Source: Macrostomum lignano
Taxonomy: Eukaryota
NCBI GenBank assembly: GCA_002269645.1
Contig: NIVC01003903.1
Coordinates: forward strand, 1-64,000
Length of the DNA: 64,000 nucleotides
Direction: 5' to 3'
A model generated the notes under the pieces. The model did no database searches, was not told where the DNA came from, and worked only from the letters and a program-made list of their open reading frames with translations. Of the stretch, positions 49,570-63,496 are shown piece after piece. Position numbers and translations under genes: made by a program. Numbering within the stretch: the first letter of the stretch is position 1; each line of letters starts with the position of its first letter.

Positions 49570-51470
49570 TCACACTAATAGCTCAGTCAGCGATGTGCTC
49601 ACATTACTAACTTACAGTCAATGATGTGCTCACACTAATAGCTTACAGTGAGTGATGTGCTCACACTAATAGCTTACAGTGAGTGATGTGCTCACACTAA
49701 TAGCTTACAGTGAGTGATGTGCTCACACTAATAGCTTACAGTGAGTGATGTGCTCACACTAATAGCTTACAGTGAGTGATGTGCTCACACTAATAGCTTA
49801 CAGTCAATGATGTGATCACACTAATAGCTTACAGTCAATGATGTGCTCACACTAATAGCTTACAGTCAGTGATGTGCTCACACTAATAGCTTACAGTCAG
49901 TGATGTGCTCACACTAATAGCTTACAGTGAGTGATGTGCTCACACTAATAGCTTACAGTGAGTGAAGTGCTCACACTAATAGCTTACAGTCAGTGATGTG
50001 CTCACACTAATAGCTTACAGTGAGTGATTTGCTCACACTAATAGCTTACAGTGAGTGATGTGCTCACACTAATAGCTTACAGTGAGTGATGTGCTCACAC
50101 TAATAGCTTACAGTGAGTGATGTGCTCACACTAATAGCTTACAGTCAATGATGTGATCACACTAATAGCTTACAGTCAATGATGTGCTCACACTAATAGC
50201 TTACAGTGAGTGATGTGCTCACACTAATAGCTTACAGTCAATGATGTGCTCACACTAATAGCTTACAGTGAGTGATGTGCTCACACTAATAGCTTACAGT
50301 CAATGATGTGCTCACACTAATAGCTTACAGTCAATGATGTGATCACACTAATAGCTTACAGTGAGTGATGTGCTCACACTAATAGCTTACAGTGAGTGAT
50401 GTGCTCACACTAATAGCTTACAGTGAGTGATGTGCTCACACTAATAGCTTACAGTCAATGATGTGATCACACTAATAGCTTACAGTCAATGATGTGCTCA
50501 CACTAATAGCTTACAGTCAGTGATGTGCTCACACTAATAGCTTACAGTCAGTGATGTGCTCACACTAATAGCTTACAGTGAGTGATGTGCTCACACTAAT
50601 AGCTTACAGTGAGTGATGTGCTCACACTAATAGCTTACAGTGAGTGATGTGCTCACACTAATAGCTTACAGTGAGTGATGTGCTCACACTAATAGCTTAC
50701 AGTCAGTGATGTGCTCACACTAATAGCTTACAGTGAGTGATGTGCTCACACTAATAGCTTACAGTCAATGATGTGCTCACACTAATAGCTTACAGTCAGT
50801 GATGTGCTCACACTAATAGCTTACAGTGAGTGATGTGCTCACACTAATAGCTTACAGTCAATGATGTGATCACACTAATAGCTTACAGTGAGTGATGTGC
50901 TCACACTAATAGCTTACAGTGAGTGATGTGCTCACACTAATAGCTTACAGTGAGTGATGTGCTCACACTAATAGCTTACAGTCAATGATGTGCTCACACT
51001 AATAGCTTACAGTCAGTGATGTGCTCACACTAATAGCTTACAGTCAGTGATGTGCTCACACTAATAGCTTACAGTCAGTGATGTGCTCACACTAATAGCT
51101 TACAGTCAGTGATGTGCTCACACTAATAGCTTACAGTGAGTGATGTGCTCACACTAATAGCTTACAGTGAGTGATGTGCTCACACTAATAGCTTACAGTG
51201 TCAGTGATGTGCTCACACTAATAGCTCACAGTCAGCGATGTGCTCACACTAATAGCTTACAGTGTCAGTGATGTGCTCACACTAATAGCTTACAGTGTCA
51301 GTGATGTGCTCACACTAATAGCTTACAGTCAGTGATGTGCTCACACTAATAGCTCACAGTGTCAGTGATGTGCTCACACTAATAGCTTACAGTGTCAGTG
51401 ATGTGCTCACACTAATAGCTCACAGTGTCAGTGATGTGCTCACACTAATAGCTCACAGTGTCAGTGATGT
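49570..51470. repeat. 31-bp minisatellite gatgtgctcacactaatagcttacagtgagt (~60 copies)
   Basis: Directly visible. Confidence 0.97.
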
Positions 51471-51737
51471 GCAGGGCATGCCCAATTCACTGATTAAAAT
51501 GAAAGACAACCAGGACTCACGTTAGCTACATAAATGTACAACACAGAGCATACGAAAGAGCAAAAGCATATTAAAATTTGTATATTTGTGTTATTTTGGC
51601 AAATTTTAAAAACATCAACACATTAAAATTCTACAGAAATTTTCAGAAAGCATAGGCTAAGAGACTTAACAGTAATTGAGATTTGAAGATTCAGTTCCAG
51701 ATAGACATGGATCATGGATTGCGGATCTAATGCCGAA

Positions 51738-54700
51738 TTAGAAATTAACAGTGCTGGCCTCCAAACCAACGGCGAAGCCTTCGCCCATGGTGACTGGCAG
51801 CCAGGCCAGCCGGTAGTACCAGTTGCTCACCGCCAGCAGCTGGCCCGGCCGCAGCACCGCCTGCAGGGGGGCGCACCGGCCGCTGCAGGCCTCGCGCGGC
51901 GTCAGCTCGATCCGAATCGTGCCTTTCACCTGGGTCAGAGAGTGGTCAGCTGGATCAGAGTGGCAACTGGGTCAGATAGCGGTCACCTGGGTCAGAGTGC
52001 TCAACAAGGTTAGGCAACTGGTCACCCGGGTCAGAGTGGTCACCTGGGTCAGAGTGCTCAACAAGGTTAGGCAACTGGTCACCTGGGTCAGAGTGGTCAC
52101 CTAGGTCAGAGAGTGGTCACCTGGGATAGAGTGGTCACCTGGGTCAGAGAGTGGTCATCTGGGTCAGAGAGTGGTCACCTGGGATAGAGAGTAGTCACCT
52201 GGGTCAGAGAGTGGTCACCTGGATCAGAGTGATCAACTGGGTCAGATAGCGGTCACCTGGGTCAGAGAGTGGTCACCTGGGTCAGAGTGGTCAACAGGGT
52301 TAGGCAAGTGGTCACCTGGGTCAGAGAGAGGTCTACTGGGTCAGAGAGTAGTCAAATGGGTCAGAAAGTGGTCACCTGGGTCAGAGAGTGGTCACCTGGG
52401 TCAGAGAGTGGTCACCTGGGTCAGAGAGTGGTCACCTGGGTCAGAAAGTGTTCACCTGGGTCAGAGAGTGGTCACCTGGGTCAGAAAGTGTTCACCTGGG
52501 TCAGAGAGTGGTCACCTGGGTCAGAGAGTGGTCAACTGGGTCAGAGAGTGGTCAACTGGGTCAGAGAGTGGTCAACTGGGTTAGAGAGAGGTCAAATGGG
52601 TCAGAGAGTCGTCAAATGGGTCAGAGAGTCGTCAAATGGGTCAGAGAGTGGTCAAATGGGTCAGAGTGGTCACCTGGGTCAGAGTGGTCACTTGGTTCAG
52701 ATAGTGGTCAACAGGGTTAGACAATTGGTCGACTGAGTCAGAAAATTGGTCAACTGAGTCAGACAATTAGTCAAATGAGTCAGACAAATGGTCAAATGAG
52801 TCAGATAACTGGTTAAATTAGTCAGATTATTAGTCAAATGAATCAGACAAATGGTCAAATGAGTTGGATAACTGGTTAAATGAGTCAGATTATTAGTCAA
52901 ATGAGTCAGATAACTGGTCAAATGAGTCAGACTATTGGTCGAATGAGTCAGACTGTTGGCCTAATGAGTCAGACAATTGGTCAAATGAGTCAGACAAATG
53001 GTCAAATGAGTCAGAAAATTGGCCAAATGAGTCAAATAACTGGTTAAATGAGTCAGATTATTAGTCAAATGAGTCAGACAACTGGTCAAATGAGTCAGAC
53101 TATTGGTCGAATGAGTCATACAACTGGTCGAATGAGTCAGACTATTGGTCAAATGAGTCAGACAACTGGTCGAATGAGTCATACAACTGGTCGAATGAGT
53201 GATACAACTGGTAAAATGAGTCAGACAATTGACCAAATGAGTCAGACCTGATGCAGCAGCAGCAGAGTGTGCTCAGGCCTGGTCGGCAGTGTCATGAACT
53301 CGTGTCCGGGATGTGACTGCCACATCAGCAAGTGGCTGTGTCCGAATGAGACGGACAGGGGGAGGCATTCCGGCCGGCCGAGATACAGGCGGAATTTGCG
53401 CACGACCTCCGGATGGCAGTTGCGCCAGGAGGCCGCCCAGCCGGTGCCGGGGCCGCTGCCCAGAACTTCAGTGGCGGCCGCCCGGAGCAGTCGAGTCGGC
53501 GAGTTGAGCGACGGCCGCGACCTAGCCAGGCTGTGCCGCATGTCGCAGACGCCTTCAACCGCGGCCGAAACCAATAAAGCCGCCGACGCGGCTTCTTTAG
53601 CTGACTGCGGGGCGACGTCCGACAGCTGAGGCTCCAGTGGAGGCAGCTGGGAGTAGAACGTGTGCAGCTGCGCCACCTGGGCGATGGACGGCCCCGCTGA
53701 GAACAGCGGAGTCGAACCCGCGGCCTGCCGTTTGGGTGGGGAAGGTTGTTGGCTAAACCCGCGATTGATGATGGAGCTTTAGAGATTTTCCTATTGGGTT
53801 TAGGGAGGGCGATTTTTCTATTAAGTCTGGGGAGGGGCGATTTTTCTATAGGGTTTGGGGGGCGATTTTTCTATTATGTGGGGAAGGGCGACTTTTCTAT
53901 TGGGTTCGAGGAGGGGCGATAATTCTATTGTGTTTGGGGAGGGCGATTTTCTTTTAGGTTCGGGAGGGCAATTTTTCGATTGGGTTTGGGGAGGGCGATT
54001 TTCTTCTGGGTTCGGGAGGGCGATTTTTCTATAGGGTTTGGGGAGGGCGATTTTTCTATTAAGTCTGGGGAGGGGCGATTTTTCTATTGGGTTTAGGGAG
54101 GGCGATTGTCCTATTGGGTTTAAAGGGGCGATTTTTCTGTTGGGTTTGAGGAGGGCGATTTTTCTATTAAGTCTGGGGAGGGGCGATTTTTCTATTGAGT
54201 TTGGCAATGGGCGATTTTTCTATTGGGTTTGGGGAGGGCGATTATTCTATTGGTTGAGGCAGGGCGATTATTTCATGGGTATCGAATTCACAAGCGCACC
54301 TCCGGGTCGATAATTGCAGGCTGCTGAGTGTTAATCAGATCGCGAACAAAGTCGGCAGGTCGGAACGGGCCCTCCCGGATGCGGATGACGCGGTCCAGCG
54401 AGGCGCAGTTGCGACAGTCGTCGGGCGATTTCAGCACAAACGGCGGAGTGTGCATCGGGTTGCCGATGAGGCAGAGCTCGTCTGGCAGGCCGAGCCACTC
54501 GGCAATGGGCAGAATGGTGGCTGCCGTTGCTACGCGGAGATGCTTCATCACCGATAGACTGGCCTGCATGCGAGAATTCAAGAGTCGGCGATTTCTCCTA
54601 TTATTTACTACTCTCATACTGCTAGTAGTATGGGCTTGATATGTGAATAAAAATTGTAACAAAATATAAATAGTTAATACGAATGAATTGTACAGCTTGT

Positions 54701-55330
54701 ACATTGCTGAGACTGTGGGGGGGGGTTCTTGAGAATTGCCCGCAGACGAATTACTCGCCCATGTTAGCCCATAATGCTTAATTAAGTCTTAAAATATAGA
54801 TTTACCCATCCAAAAACGTCTCGATAGTAACTGCATATCAAATGCATCTTTTTCTTGTACGTTTTCATTTTATATACATGCAGGGGTACATTGGAGGGGT
54901 AAATTACTCTGGGCTGCAAGTGGCGCAACTATAATGAATATGGGTCCGCAGAGTTGTATCTAAATTAGAATCCAAATGCATTTTGCATTTAAAACAAACT
55001 ATTTAGTCTACTTGAGTTAGTAGAAAGTTAAGCGCTAGCATGACTCTTGGAAAACTTTTTCACGACTCTTTCTGTGAGTTGCAAGAATTACAAAATTTAA
55101 CTTACCTGCTCATTCATATAAATCAAAATGCTTGGCACTACAATGAGCAGCACAGTTAAAACAGCAGGTCTGAGATGATACTTCATCTTCCAAGATGTGC
55201 ACACTTTTGACAGCTTTTTAGACACTGCTGAAGGTGGACATGCTTGTTGTTCAATAATTAGCTGCCTTTTGAATTCTTGTAGTAGTTGCTCTGTGTGAAC
55301 CAGATCAATTGATTCACCAGGTGTTGACAT
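51738..55330 (-). CDS. Type II membrane protein, C6orf89/BRAP-like with cupin-like C-terminus; exons 55330-55106, 54563-54300, 53724-53248, 51929-51738 (385 aa)
   Basis: All three introns are GT-AG and phase 0. N-terminal TM (AVLTVLLIVVPSILIYM), C..C..L..V..I, GW..SWRNC...V...R....RP..LP, Q..G.....L.P...C...C..L...L.PG. Family assignment is by recollection of motifs. Confidence 0.65.
51925..53250. repeat. Graded 20-22-bp intronic minisatellite (cacctgggtcagag.. changing to aaatgagtcagac..)
   Basis: Fills intron 3 and overlaps both splice junctions. Confidence 0.93.
53790..54270. repeat. ~26-28-bp intronic minisatellite gggagggcgatttttctattgggttt
   Basis: Directly visible. Confidence 0.92.
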
Positions 55331-57879
55331 AATGTAAGTTGTTCAAGTTGTCAGCAATAATTAATTGTCCATGCATTAAATTTTTATTTGCTAAACATTA
55401 TCAACTTCTTTAGATTGGAAGTACACTCAATAATATTTTTTTTCATCACAAAACCAGCTCAACAGGACTGAGGACTGAGTTGCAGCTTTTATTTAATTCT
55501 ATAGTCATAATTCTCCACTCTCCTTATCAACCCAAGCCAGGGCTTTGTGACAAAAATCGCATCACCTATAGCTTAGATAAGAATGGTGCACATGGTATAA
55601 ATTATATCACTTAATGCTAAGATATAAAGAAAATTTAATCACTGATTTTAGGATATAAACATGTTACTAAATATATAATACTATTTTGGAAGCTTTAACA
55701 GGACCAATACCAATTGAATACAGCTATATCAAAACCCCTATTAGGCATAAATCTATATCAAAGTTCTTTGATAAGCAAATAATGTCATACATAATCTTAA
55801 AGTTGCCAAGTAATTAACCCAAGCTACTATTGAAAGCCTATATTTTAGCAAAGGATCAAATTGAAGTTTTAAAAATAATATTAGATAATATTAAGATGCC
55901 AAATATAGCCAACTTTTTATTTGCCATAGACATATAGACCTTAGTATACTTGGCAAACTATTTTTACAAAATCTACAAAATACCCTTTGGTTATAGGTTT
56001 AAAAGCAAGATTTTGCTATAGTGTCCTATTCTATGACAAAATGTAAACTAAAAAGCTGCTAGCCTGACTTGGTCTTATGGAAACTAGACAAGTCTAGTTA
56101 AAGACTATTTAAATAAAGTAGAATAAAAGCTTAGGGCCTATTAGAATATATTAAATAAAAATTATTTAGGCCTATTAACTATCATCTATCTGTTTAGGCC
56201 TATTTCAATAGCTATTTGTTGTTTCAATAAAACTTATTATCAATGGATACTAGTAATTAATTTTAGGCCATTTTGGCGAATTGCCAAAAATATAGATTTT
56301 TAAGGATGCAAATATTATTTGATTGCCTTTAAAATGACTAGGCTAGGCTCCACTATACTTTAAATAAGAAACTCTTTGTATCATTTTTTACAATAAAAAT
56401 TAGCCTAGAATTAAATTGTTATAAATTATTATACGGCCTATGAAACTTAGTTTTGGCATGATTATATCCAAGATATAGCCTTGCTTATACTCTTTACTTG
56501 GAATAAACAAATATTAGTAGCTTGTTCAAATTCAAATACTAATGATTAATGTCAATTTAAATTTGCAAGACATGATATCCCTGTGATCTATATTTAGTTG
56601 ATTATTTCTTTAAAAATACAAATATAAATTATTTGTCAAATGGAATATTAAAAACATTTTTTAGTTGGCATTCAAATTTTATTTGATACTAGTCATATTG
56701 AAATTAATTATTGTCAATGATTTTACCCTTAATCTATTTCAGGCTAAGCTTTAAATTGAAAGTAATACAAAAGTATGAGTCATCAGTCAACCCTAGACAA
56801 CCGGATTGCTCATTAATTATTGTGATTGTAATTCAATTGGGAAAATTGTAAAAATTGCAATTTGCTCGTGCAATCAGCTTGCAATCTAGATAAGTGCCTA
56901 AGAGCCATCTTTTTCTACTGATGAGTAGTCAAGTTAAAATTGGGGACTTGCGATAATTGCAATCTGATTATAAGAACATGCATGGCAGAAAAAAAAAGTG
57001 TTCTATGTTTTATATATTCAAATACTTTTATGACCATACACAATATTTTTTCATGAAAATATCTTTATTTTTATAGGTTCTGATAATGCATTCTATTGTT
57101 GTTTTACTTTGCATTAAAATAATGATCTAACCAAAATAAGTAAACGGCTTGCCAGGTATAATTTTCTTTGCGGCAAATGCTGACTACAGTGAGGGCTCCC
57201 ACGGCGTTTCTTCTTCAAAGTTTCTACTACATCTGTACGAACAGAACCATTTGTTCTTTTAACTTTCTTGTAGTGTGTTTATATTCAGTCTCAGTCTAAA
57301 GTTTTTTCTTTTCGCACTGAATTTAATTTTTAACATTCACAATGCACAAAGCAAATGTAGATGCCAAGGGCAAGGCTATTCATTCATTCATTCAGTCAAT
57401 CAATAATCAGGTTATTCATTCATTCAGTCCATTCAGGGGCTGTTAAAAAATTGTAGCTATATTTAGCTATATTTAGTTTTTAGCTATATTGCCTCTAAGT
57501 CAAATCAAAATTGAAACACTCTTAATTCTTTAATAGTGATAATCAATTTTGGTTAATAGTTTGCTCTTTTGGAACTTTTAAATGCCAGTTTTTTCTTTTG
57601 GTAATCCTGCTTTATATTCTAGATTTTCAACTTCCATCCTATTCAATAGCTAGGCCTAGTACTATTCATATATTGTCTAATGTCTCCTTATTTTATTTGC
57701 ATGTATTTGCTTACTATAAAATAAATTGCTCTCTCTAGACTAGTAGTCCAATGAGTCTATACCTATGCTACCAAGTACCTTAGGCCTAACTTTAATTAAA
57801 TTGAATTGTTATGCTATAGAACCTTGAATAGCTACTAGGTATAGCTAGTTTTGAAATATAATTTGAACATTGAAGACTT

Positions 57880-58475
57880 GGAATCTGGTCCATTTCAGCA
57901 ACAAACCATTTCGGTGACACCCATTTCGGTGACAGGTTGATTTGGCAAGAACCATTTTGGCAACAGTTTTTAAATAGGATTTTGAATGTATTCTTATCTC
58001 ATAGCCACAAAAGATTTCAGAACTTACACAAATTTACAACCTTTGGTTTGATTAAGTGTTGTTAAAATGAATTATAGTGTAAAACAATTTACATTAAACT
58101 TTATAAGCTTTGTTAAAACTATGTTAAAACAATTTTTAATGTAAAACTTAAAACGAATGGATTACAATTAGAAATTAATGTTCTTAAGAAACAAGAAAAT
58201 TCAAATTCCAATTCAAAATTACAATTCGTGTATGATGTTTACTCTTCCACAGGGGCATTCATGCCACTGCATGCAAGCAGCGCCTCAAGAGTTCTGGTGC
58301 CGGCTTTGTACTTTGCCCAATAGTTTCAACAAAATGCCTGTTGGGGGTCATGTCAGCTGGGGGTAGTTTATTGTATTGTAGATACTTGTAATTTTTCTAT
58401 TATATTTGTCAAGGAAATGGTCGTCGCCAAATTGACCTGTCGCCAAAATGGGTGTTGCCGAAATGGACAGGTACC
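57880..58475. mobile_element. MITE with inverted ccattt(c/t)gg(c/t)gaca subterminal repeats and 7-bp TSD
   Basis: Left end ggaatctggtccatttcagcaac versus right-end reverse complement ggtacctgtccatttcggcaac; exact AAGACTT on both flanks. Confidence 0.75.
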
Positions 58476-59036
58476 AAGACTTAAAGTAGCTAAGCAACAG
58501 GCCTACTAGACTATAATAAGCAGTAAGGGTGGGCCTAATACTAATTGGTACTGGTATCCTTTTTTAATTGAACTATCACCTATGCCTATGCTATGGGTAT
58601 GGCTATGTTTAGATAGCTATTATATTACTATAGGCCTAGTTTATAGTAGAGCTACTATAGTTAGGCTATACAACATGTCAACAATGCTATAACAGTCAAA
58701 ACTAGCTACCCTATGGATCTATATTTTGATATGTTCTAGCTATTTTCTTTTTTACACAATGCTGAAGTCATTAAAATTGTAAACATGCAAAGGTAATGAA
58801 AATAGATACATGATTAAAATTCTATTGAATATATTGTGTTCATATTAATAGTCTATAGAGTATAGACTATATAATCATTAGGTCCAGTATAGCTATTTAG
58901 GGAAAATTAATTAATTAATTGACAAAAAATAGATAGCTATATAGCTCTAGTATCATAGTAGTATTGATCTACATTTTGTTTATTTGATTTCATTGGTATA
59001 GTAAAAAAGCTTAAATATTTTTTCATCTTTTCAGGT

Positions 59037-60148
59037 ATGAAAACTTCTCAACACATTAATTCTCGCTCAAGATCATCCAACAAGCTTGACAAGTTTGCAA
59101 CTCTAAGTTTTGACCATGTCATTCTATGGTTCCCAAAGACAAATTCCCATAGTGGACCTATTTATATAAATTCTAGTTTTCTTAGCCATTTTGACAAGGC
59201 TGAGAAAATGGAATTTAAGGAGCGTCAACAAATCAAGATTCGTGAAAAGAATGGATTCCATGATGCCATTATTGTGAAGCTCGGCACTTATGCAAAAATT
59301 AAAATTGCTGAACAAACTATTGACCGCCTTGCTGAAGAAGGTTATAGTACTGAGACAATTTTTGAGAGACTTGATAATGAAATGTCTGTTGATTTGGATG
59401 CACGAACACGAACCTCTGCTACCTATTTGGGAGATAGTGATAGCAATGAAGGTGATGATGAAGAAAATGATGAGAACTATGTGCCACCTGATGACAGGTC
59501 TACAACTTTTAAGCCTCCTTTGACAATTACTAGCCAGACTATGTCTTTGGAAAGGCAGAAGGAAGCAGATTTGTTCAAGTCTTATGGCAATGTGATTGTG
59601 GAGCCACCACTTAAGAAAGCTAAGAGTGCAAGTTGTGACCTTATTGATAATGCTAAGAATGGTGCCTGTGCACCTTTGTACTCATCTACACCACCTAGAA
59701 AACCACAGGATGTTGCCCTAGCTCAATGTATGAGACCAAGTAGCTTTTTTGTGACTTTTACAGAGCCAGCTACTGCTGCAGCAAGCCCACTTGCTCAGGG
59801 TTCCAAACTTCAAGCACCTGAGCCTAAAGTGTTAGATTTGCTTTTGCTTGAGGCTCGAGTACAAACTGGATTGTTGAAAAAGATCATCCGGCTACAGGAA
59901 GAAGGAAATGAATTGCTCAGACAAGGGTTTGGTTTCAATGATGAGGTTGTGAGCAAAGAAGATCAAGTTATTGCTGGTTGTGATGGCCGACCCTTTCGCC
60001 TGTCTCAGTTACCATTGCCACCTAACCTTTTTGCTCATGAGTTTGTACTCCGCAAATTTGGTGAACAGCTTTGTGAAACAACAATTATTGAGTCACATGG
60101 CAGAAGTGAAAGGATTGCTATGGATGTTGATTCAGTTCAAGCTCATTC
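59037..60148 (+). CDS. Transposon-associated ORF with acidic linker and a truncated BEN-like C-terminal domain
   Basis: Long ORF after acceptor ttttcag. LFAHEFVLRKFGEQLCETTIIESHGRSERIAMD resembles the start of a BEN domain; it is cut off by BEL sequence at about 60149. Confidence 0.45.
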
Positions 60149-61186
60149 AGTCGGCCGCTGTTGTATGTACCTTCAGATTCAGGCGACGGTATGGGGGTCA
60201 TCACACTGTCCCATTTCATTGCAGCTAGTCGTCTCAGCCAAGAACCGGAAGATATTGACGATGAGGCGGACTCCATTCTACCGCTTCCGAAATGGCTCAG
60301 AATGCTTAGAGCAGCTCTGGATTGGTTTTGGAACCAATGGAAGACGTCCTACTTGGAGTCTCTGCGCGAGAAAGCCCTAAAGGATCAACCTAACCACCGC
60401 CTACCAAATGTTGGTGAAGTAGTTCTTCTGGCAGGTGAAGCTCAACAACCAAGACTCAAGTGGAAATTGGGTATTGTCGAGGAAGTTCGTCCTGGCCGTG
60501 ATGGTGCTATCCGGTCGGTTCTTTGCATTGCGGGTGCTGGGAGTTCTTTGGGAACGGGTGAGACAGCCAGTCCAGTCGTTAATTCCTTTAGAGGTTCAAT
60601 CCTAAGACCGTTATTTTTTTGTCCTTTCCCACGACTCTCGAATTTGTTTGCTAACTTTTTTGACAGCCTCTTGCAAAATTTTGTAATGGGAAAAGGTTTG
60701 TTTTCTGTTTTTGAGATAATTCTCTTGGTGGTGGACAATGTTACGCGTCATTATTCGTCATTTTTCCATTTACGTTGTAATATATTTTTTCCTCATCTAT
60801 CATGCTCACATACACTTAAACTTGGCTCTAACAGTTTTCTGTTCTCTGCTGACTGTTTCACTTACAACAACAAACCAGTCCTTGTCTGTTATGCTAAGAT
60901 TTTTTTCCTTTTTCATTGTTTTTTTTGCAACAAGTTTGAATGTAATGTAGTTTTGCTGCTCCGAATTTAAAAAATCAAATGATAAATCATTTGGGGGGAG
61001 TGTCGAAAAATGAGTTGGCCTAGGCTAGCCGCTTATTTCATCTAATTTATTTTCTCTTATTTTTCACTGTATGCACAATGTATATCTCCGCCAACACCCC
61101 AAAATTCGTTAAGTTAGAAAATATAAAAGCTGGATTCTGGGCAGCGACCGCCCTAACTTCATTTTCTTTATCGCCAGTCAAAATCA
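60149..61186 (+). mobile_element. BEL/Pao LTR retrotransposon 3' fragment (DUF5641-like region, PPT, 3' LTR about 61001-61186)
   Basis: RPLLYVP...ITLSHF, WFWNQWKTSYLESLRE, VGEVVLL, WKLGIVEEVRPGRDGAIRSV. GGGGGGAG at 60993-61000 is followed directly by TGTCG; candidate LTR end ...AATCA. Confidence 0.75.
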
Positions 61187-62780
61187 ATTATTGGTTTATT
61201 TTATTATAGGAACAGGGATTAAGACAGACATACTTAAAAATTGTCCAATAATTTATGATACTGCCCAAGTTATTACAATCTTTTTGCATCTTTCCACTGA
61301 TGGCTGTAGCTTGTACTCTAATTCTCCCTCTTCTTTGTGGCCTGTTCAAGCTCAAATTTTAAATCTTCCAACATTTTTGCATTTTCAGCCAGAAAACTTC
61401 TTAATTTTTTCTCTCTTTCTTGGTGCAAAGAAGCCTAACTGGAAAACATTTCTAGAAGACCATCTGGCTTCAGTTTTTGAAAAAAACATTCTGTTTTACT
61501 ATTCAAAACAGGCCTATGCATTTTCGTGTTAAACTCTTTTCGGCTACTTTTGATCTTCCTGCCTTGGCTAGCATACTAAACCATAAGCAATTTAATGGCG
61601 AGTTTGGTTGCCTTTACTGTGAAAATCCCAGTAGTACTGTTAAAGTCGGCCATGGATCCGCACGCAAGTATTCTGAGCCTCATTTATCTACTCCAGTTTC
61701 GAATGCTGTTTATTTATCACGAGTTCAACTAGTCTGTCTCTCTGGTGAGAAGAGCCTTTTTGGTATTAAGGGTGATTCTGTTCTTAGGAAGTATGTGCGC
61801 ATTCCAAAGAATATTTTGCTTGATTCATTGCACTTTCTTTATGAAAATTGTTGTGGCACTCTAATGAAATATATGTTTGATGGTTCCTACCAACAACTGA
61901 GTTGCTACCTTGGGCAAAGTCTGCCCTTCTTTAATGATACTCTTAAAAGAGTCAGCGTGCCTAAGTCAGTAACAGTATCATTTTGTCTAGAGCTTCGCTC
62001 TTCGTGGAAAGCCAAGGATTACATGTTCGCTGCAATGTATCTATTGCCTATATTTGCTTTCCATTGCTTCAGTAGGAAAAATCAGGCATGCGCCATTGCT
62101 TTGCTTTCTTTTTCTCTTGTTTGTCATGTAGCAAATTCTGTAGACTGTGAGCACTACTTGGCGCTTCTCAATAAAGTAATTCAACACTTTATGTCAACTT
62201 TAGGAACTGCATTTGATGCCAATGTATACACAATTAATTTTCATCTCCTGTGTCATTTGCCTGAACAGCTTCTCAATTTTGGTCCTCTAACAGGATACTC
62301 TATGTTCTCATTTGAGAGTCAATTTTCAACGGTAAAGAATTATATTCAAAGGAATCGATTCCATATCAAGCAAATATGCGAAAAGCTCATTCTGCAAAAA
62401 TGTTGCACTTTCTGTCTTAAGGAGGGAGCTGCTGCTCAATCTAACAGCTGCATTTTTGAGCTGCTCACTTCTAAGTTTAGAATTTTATCAAGCAGTCCTT
62501 CCGCCTGCTGGCGATTTCTATCCACTTATGCAATAGTGCAAAACAATCGTCTCTTTTATGCTACTTCTTATTCGAAATTGCCCCCTACTCGGTCATGTAT
62601 TGTGCAGTTGAAAGATGGTTGTTTCTGCAAAGTAGTTTGTTTTCTGAATGGCACCGATATTTTAGCTGATGTAATTTTTTTAGACATCTGCAATTTACAA
62701 GACTTTTTAGGTAAAGTGGCTCGCTTGATGAAGAGTAGATAAATAAAGGTACATATCAACATGAAGTGTTGTTTGAGTTG

Positions 62781-62820
62781 CCGATGCATTTCGTCCATTT
62801 GCATTGGGACATCGTCAGGG
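62781..62820 (-). ncRNA. Candidate minimal type I hammerhead ribozyme, left-arm copy
   Basis: CC-CUGACGA-U-GUCC-CAAUGCAAAU-GGAC-GAA-AUGCAU-C-GG. Confidence 0.55.
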
Positions 62821-63456
62821 TCTTTTTATTGAGAAACAATTTGAACGAATATTCAGTATATATAGATAGTTGAGAGTAACAAGAGTAGTTGAATTGAGTT
62901 TTTAATTGATGGTTTAAAACTTGTACATAGTAATCAATTTTTGATACAGTATTGGTTGGGTAAAGTGCATATCAGTTTCAAGCCAGTCCGGTCATTGACA
63001 AATCAGCTAAAAAATTCTGAGTTGACGGCTAGCCCCACCCATCGCAAGTTGGTTGTTTAACGTGGGCTGTTTGGTCTTAATGTACATGTTTAATGTACAT
63101 CTTTAATGTACATTAGTTAATGTACATCTTTAATGATAAAGGCTATTGATTTTTGTAATAGAGATCACATGCTCTGCCTATTAGAAGCCCTGTACATTAA
63201 GACCAAACAGCCCACGTTAAATAACCAACTTGCGATGGGTGGGGCTAGCCGTCAACTCAGAATTTTTTAGCTGATTTGTCAATGACCGGACTGGCTTGAA
63301 ACTGATATGCACTTTACCCAACCAATACTGTATCAAAAATTGATTACTATGTACAAGTTTTAAACCATCAATTAAAAACTCAATTCAACTACTCTTGTTA
63401 CTCTCAACTATCTATATATACTGAATATTCGTTCAAATTGTTTCTCAATAAAAAGA

Positions 63457-63496
63457 CCCTGACGATGTCCTAATGCAAATGGACGAAATGCATCGG
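63457..63496 (+). ncRNA. Candidate minimal type I hammerhead ribozyme, right-arm copy; predicted cleavage after AUC at 63494
   Basis: CC-CUGACGA-U-GUCC-UAAUGCAAAU-GGAC-GAA-AUGCAU-C-GG; helix I is only 2-3 bp. Confidence 0.55.

Noticed and set aside
56770-56935. Other CTGATGA motifs as hammerheads
   Set aside because: No helix II followed by GAAA in either orientation.
61478-61490. A_AAA_AAC as a programmed -1 frameshift in the transposase
   Set aside because: The downstream ORF is in the +1 frame; a homopolymer indel (mutation or sequencing error) is simpler.
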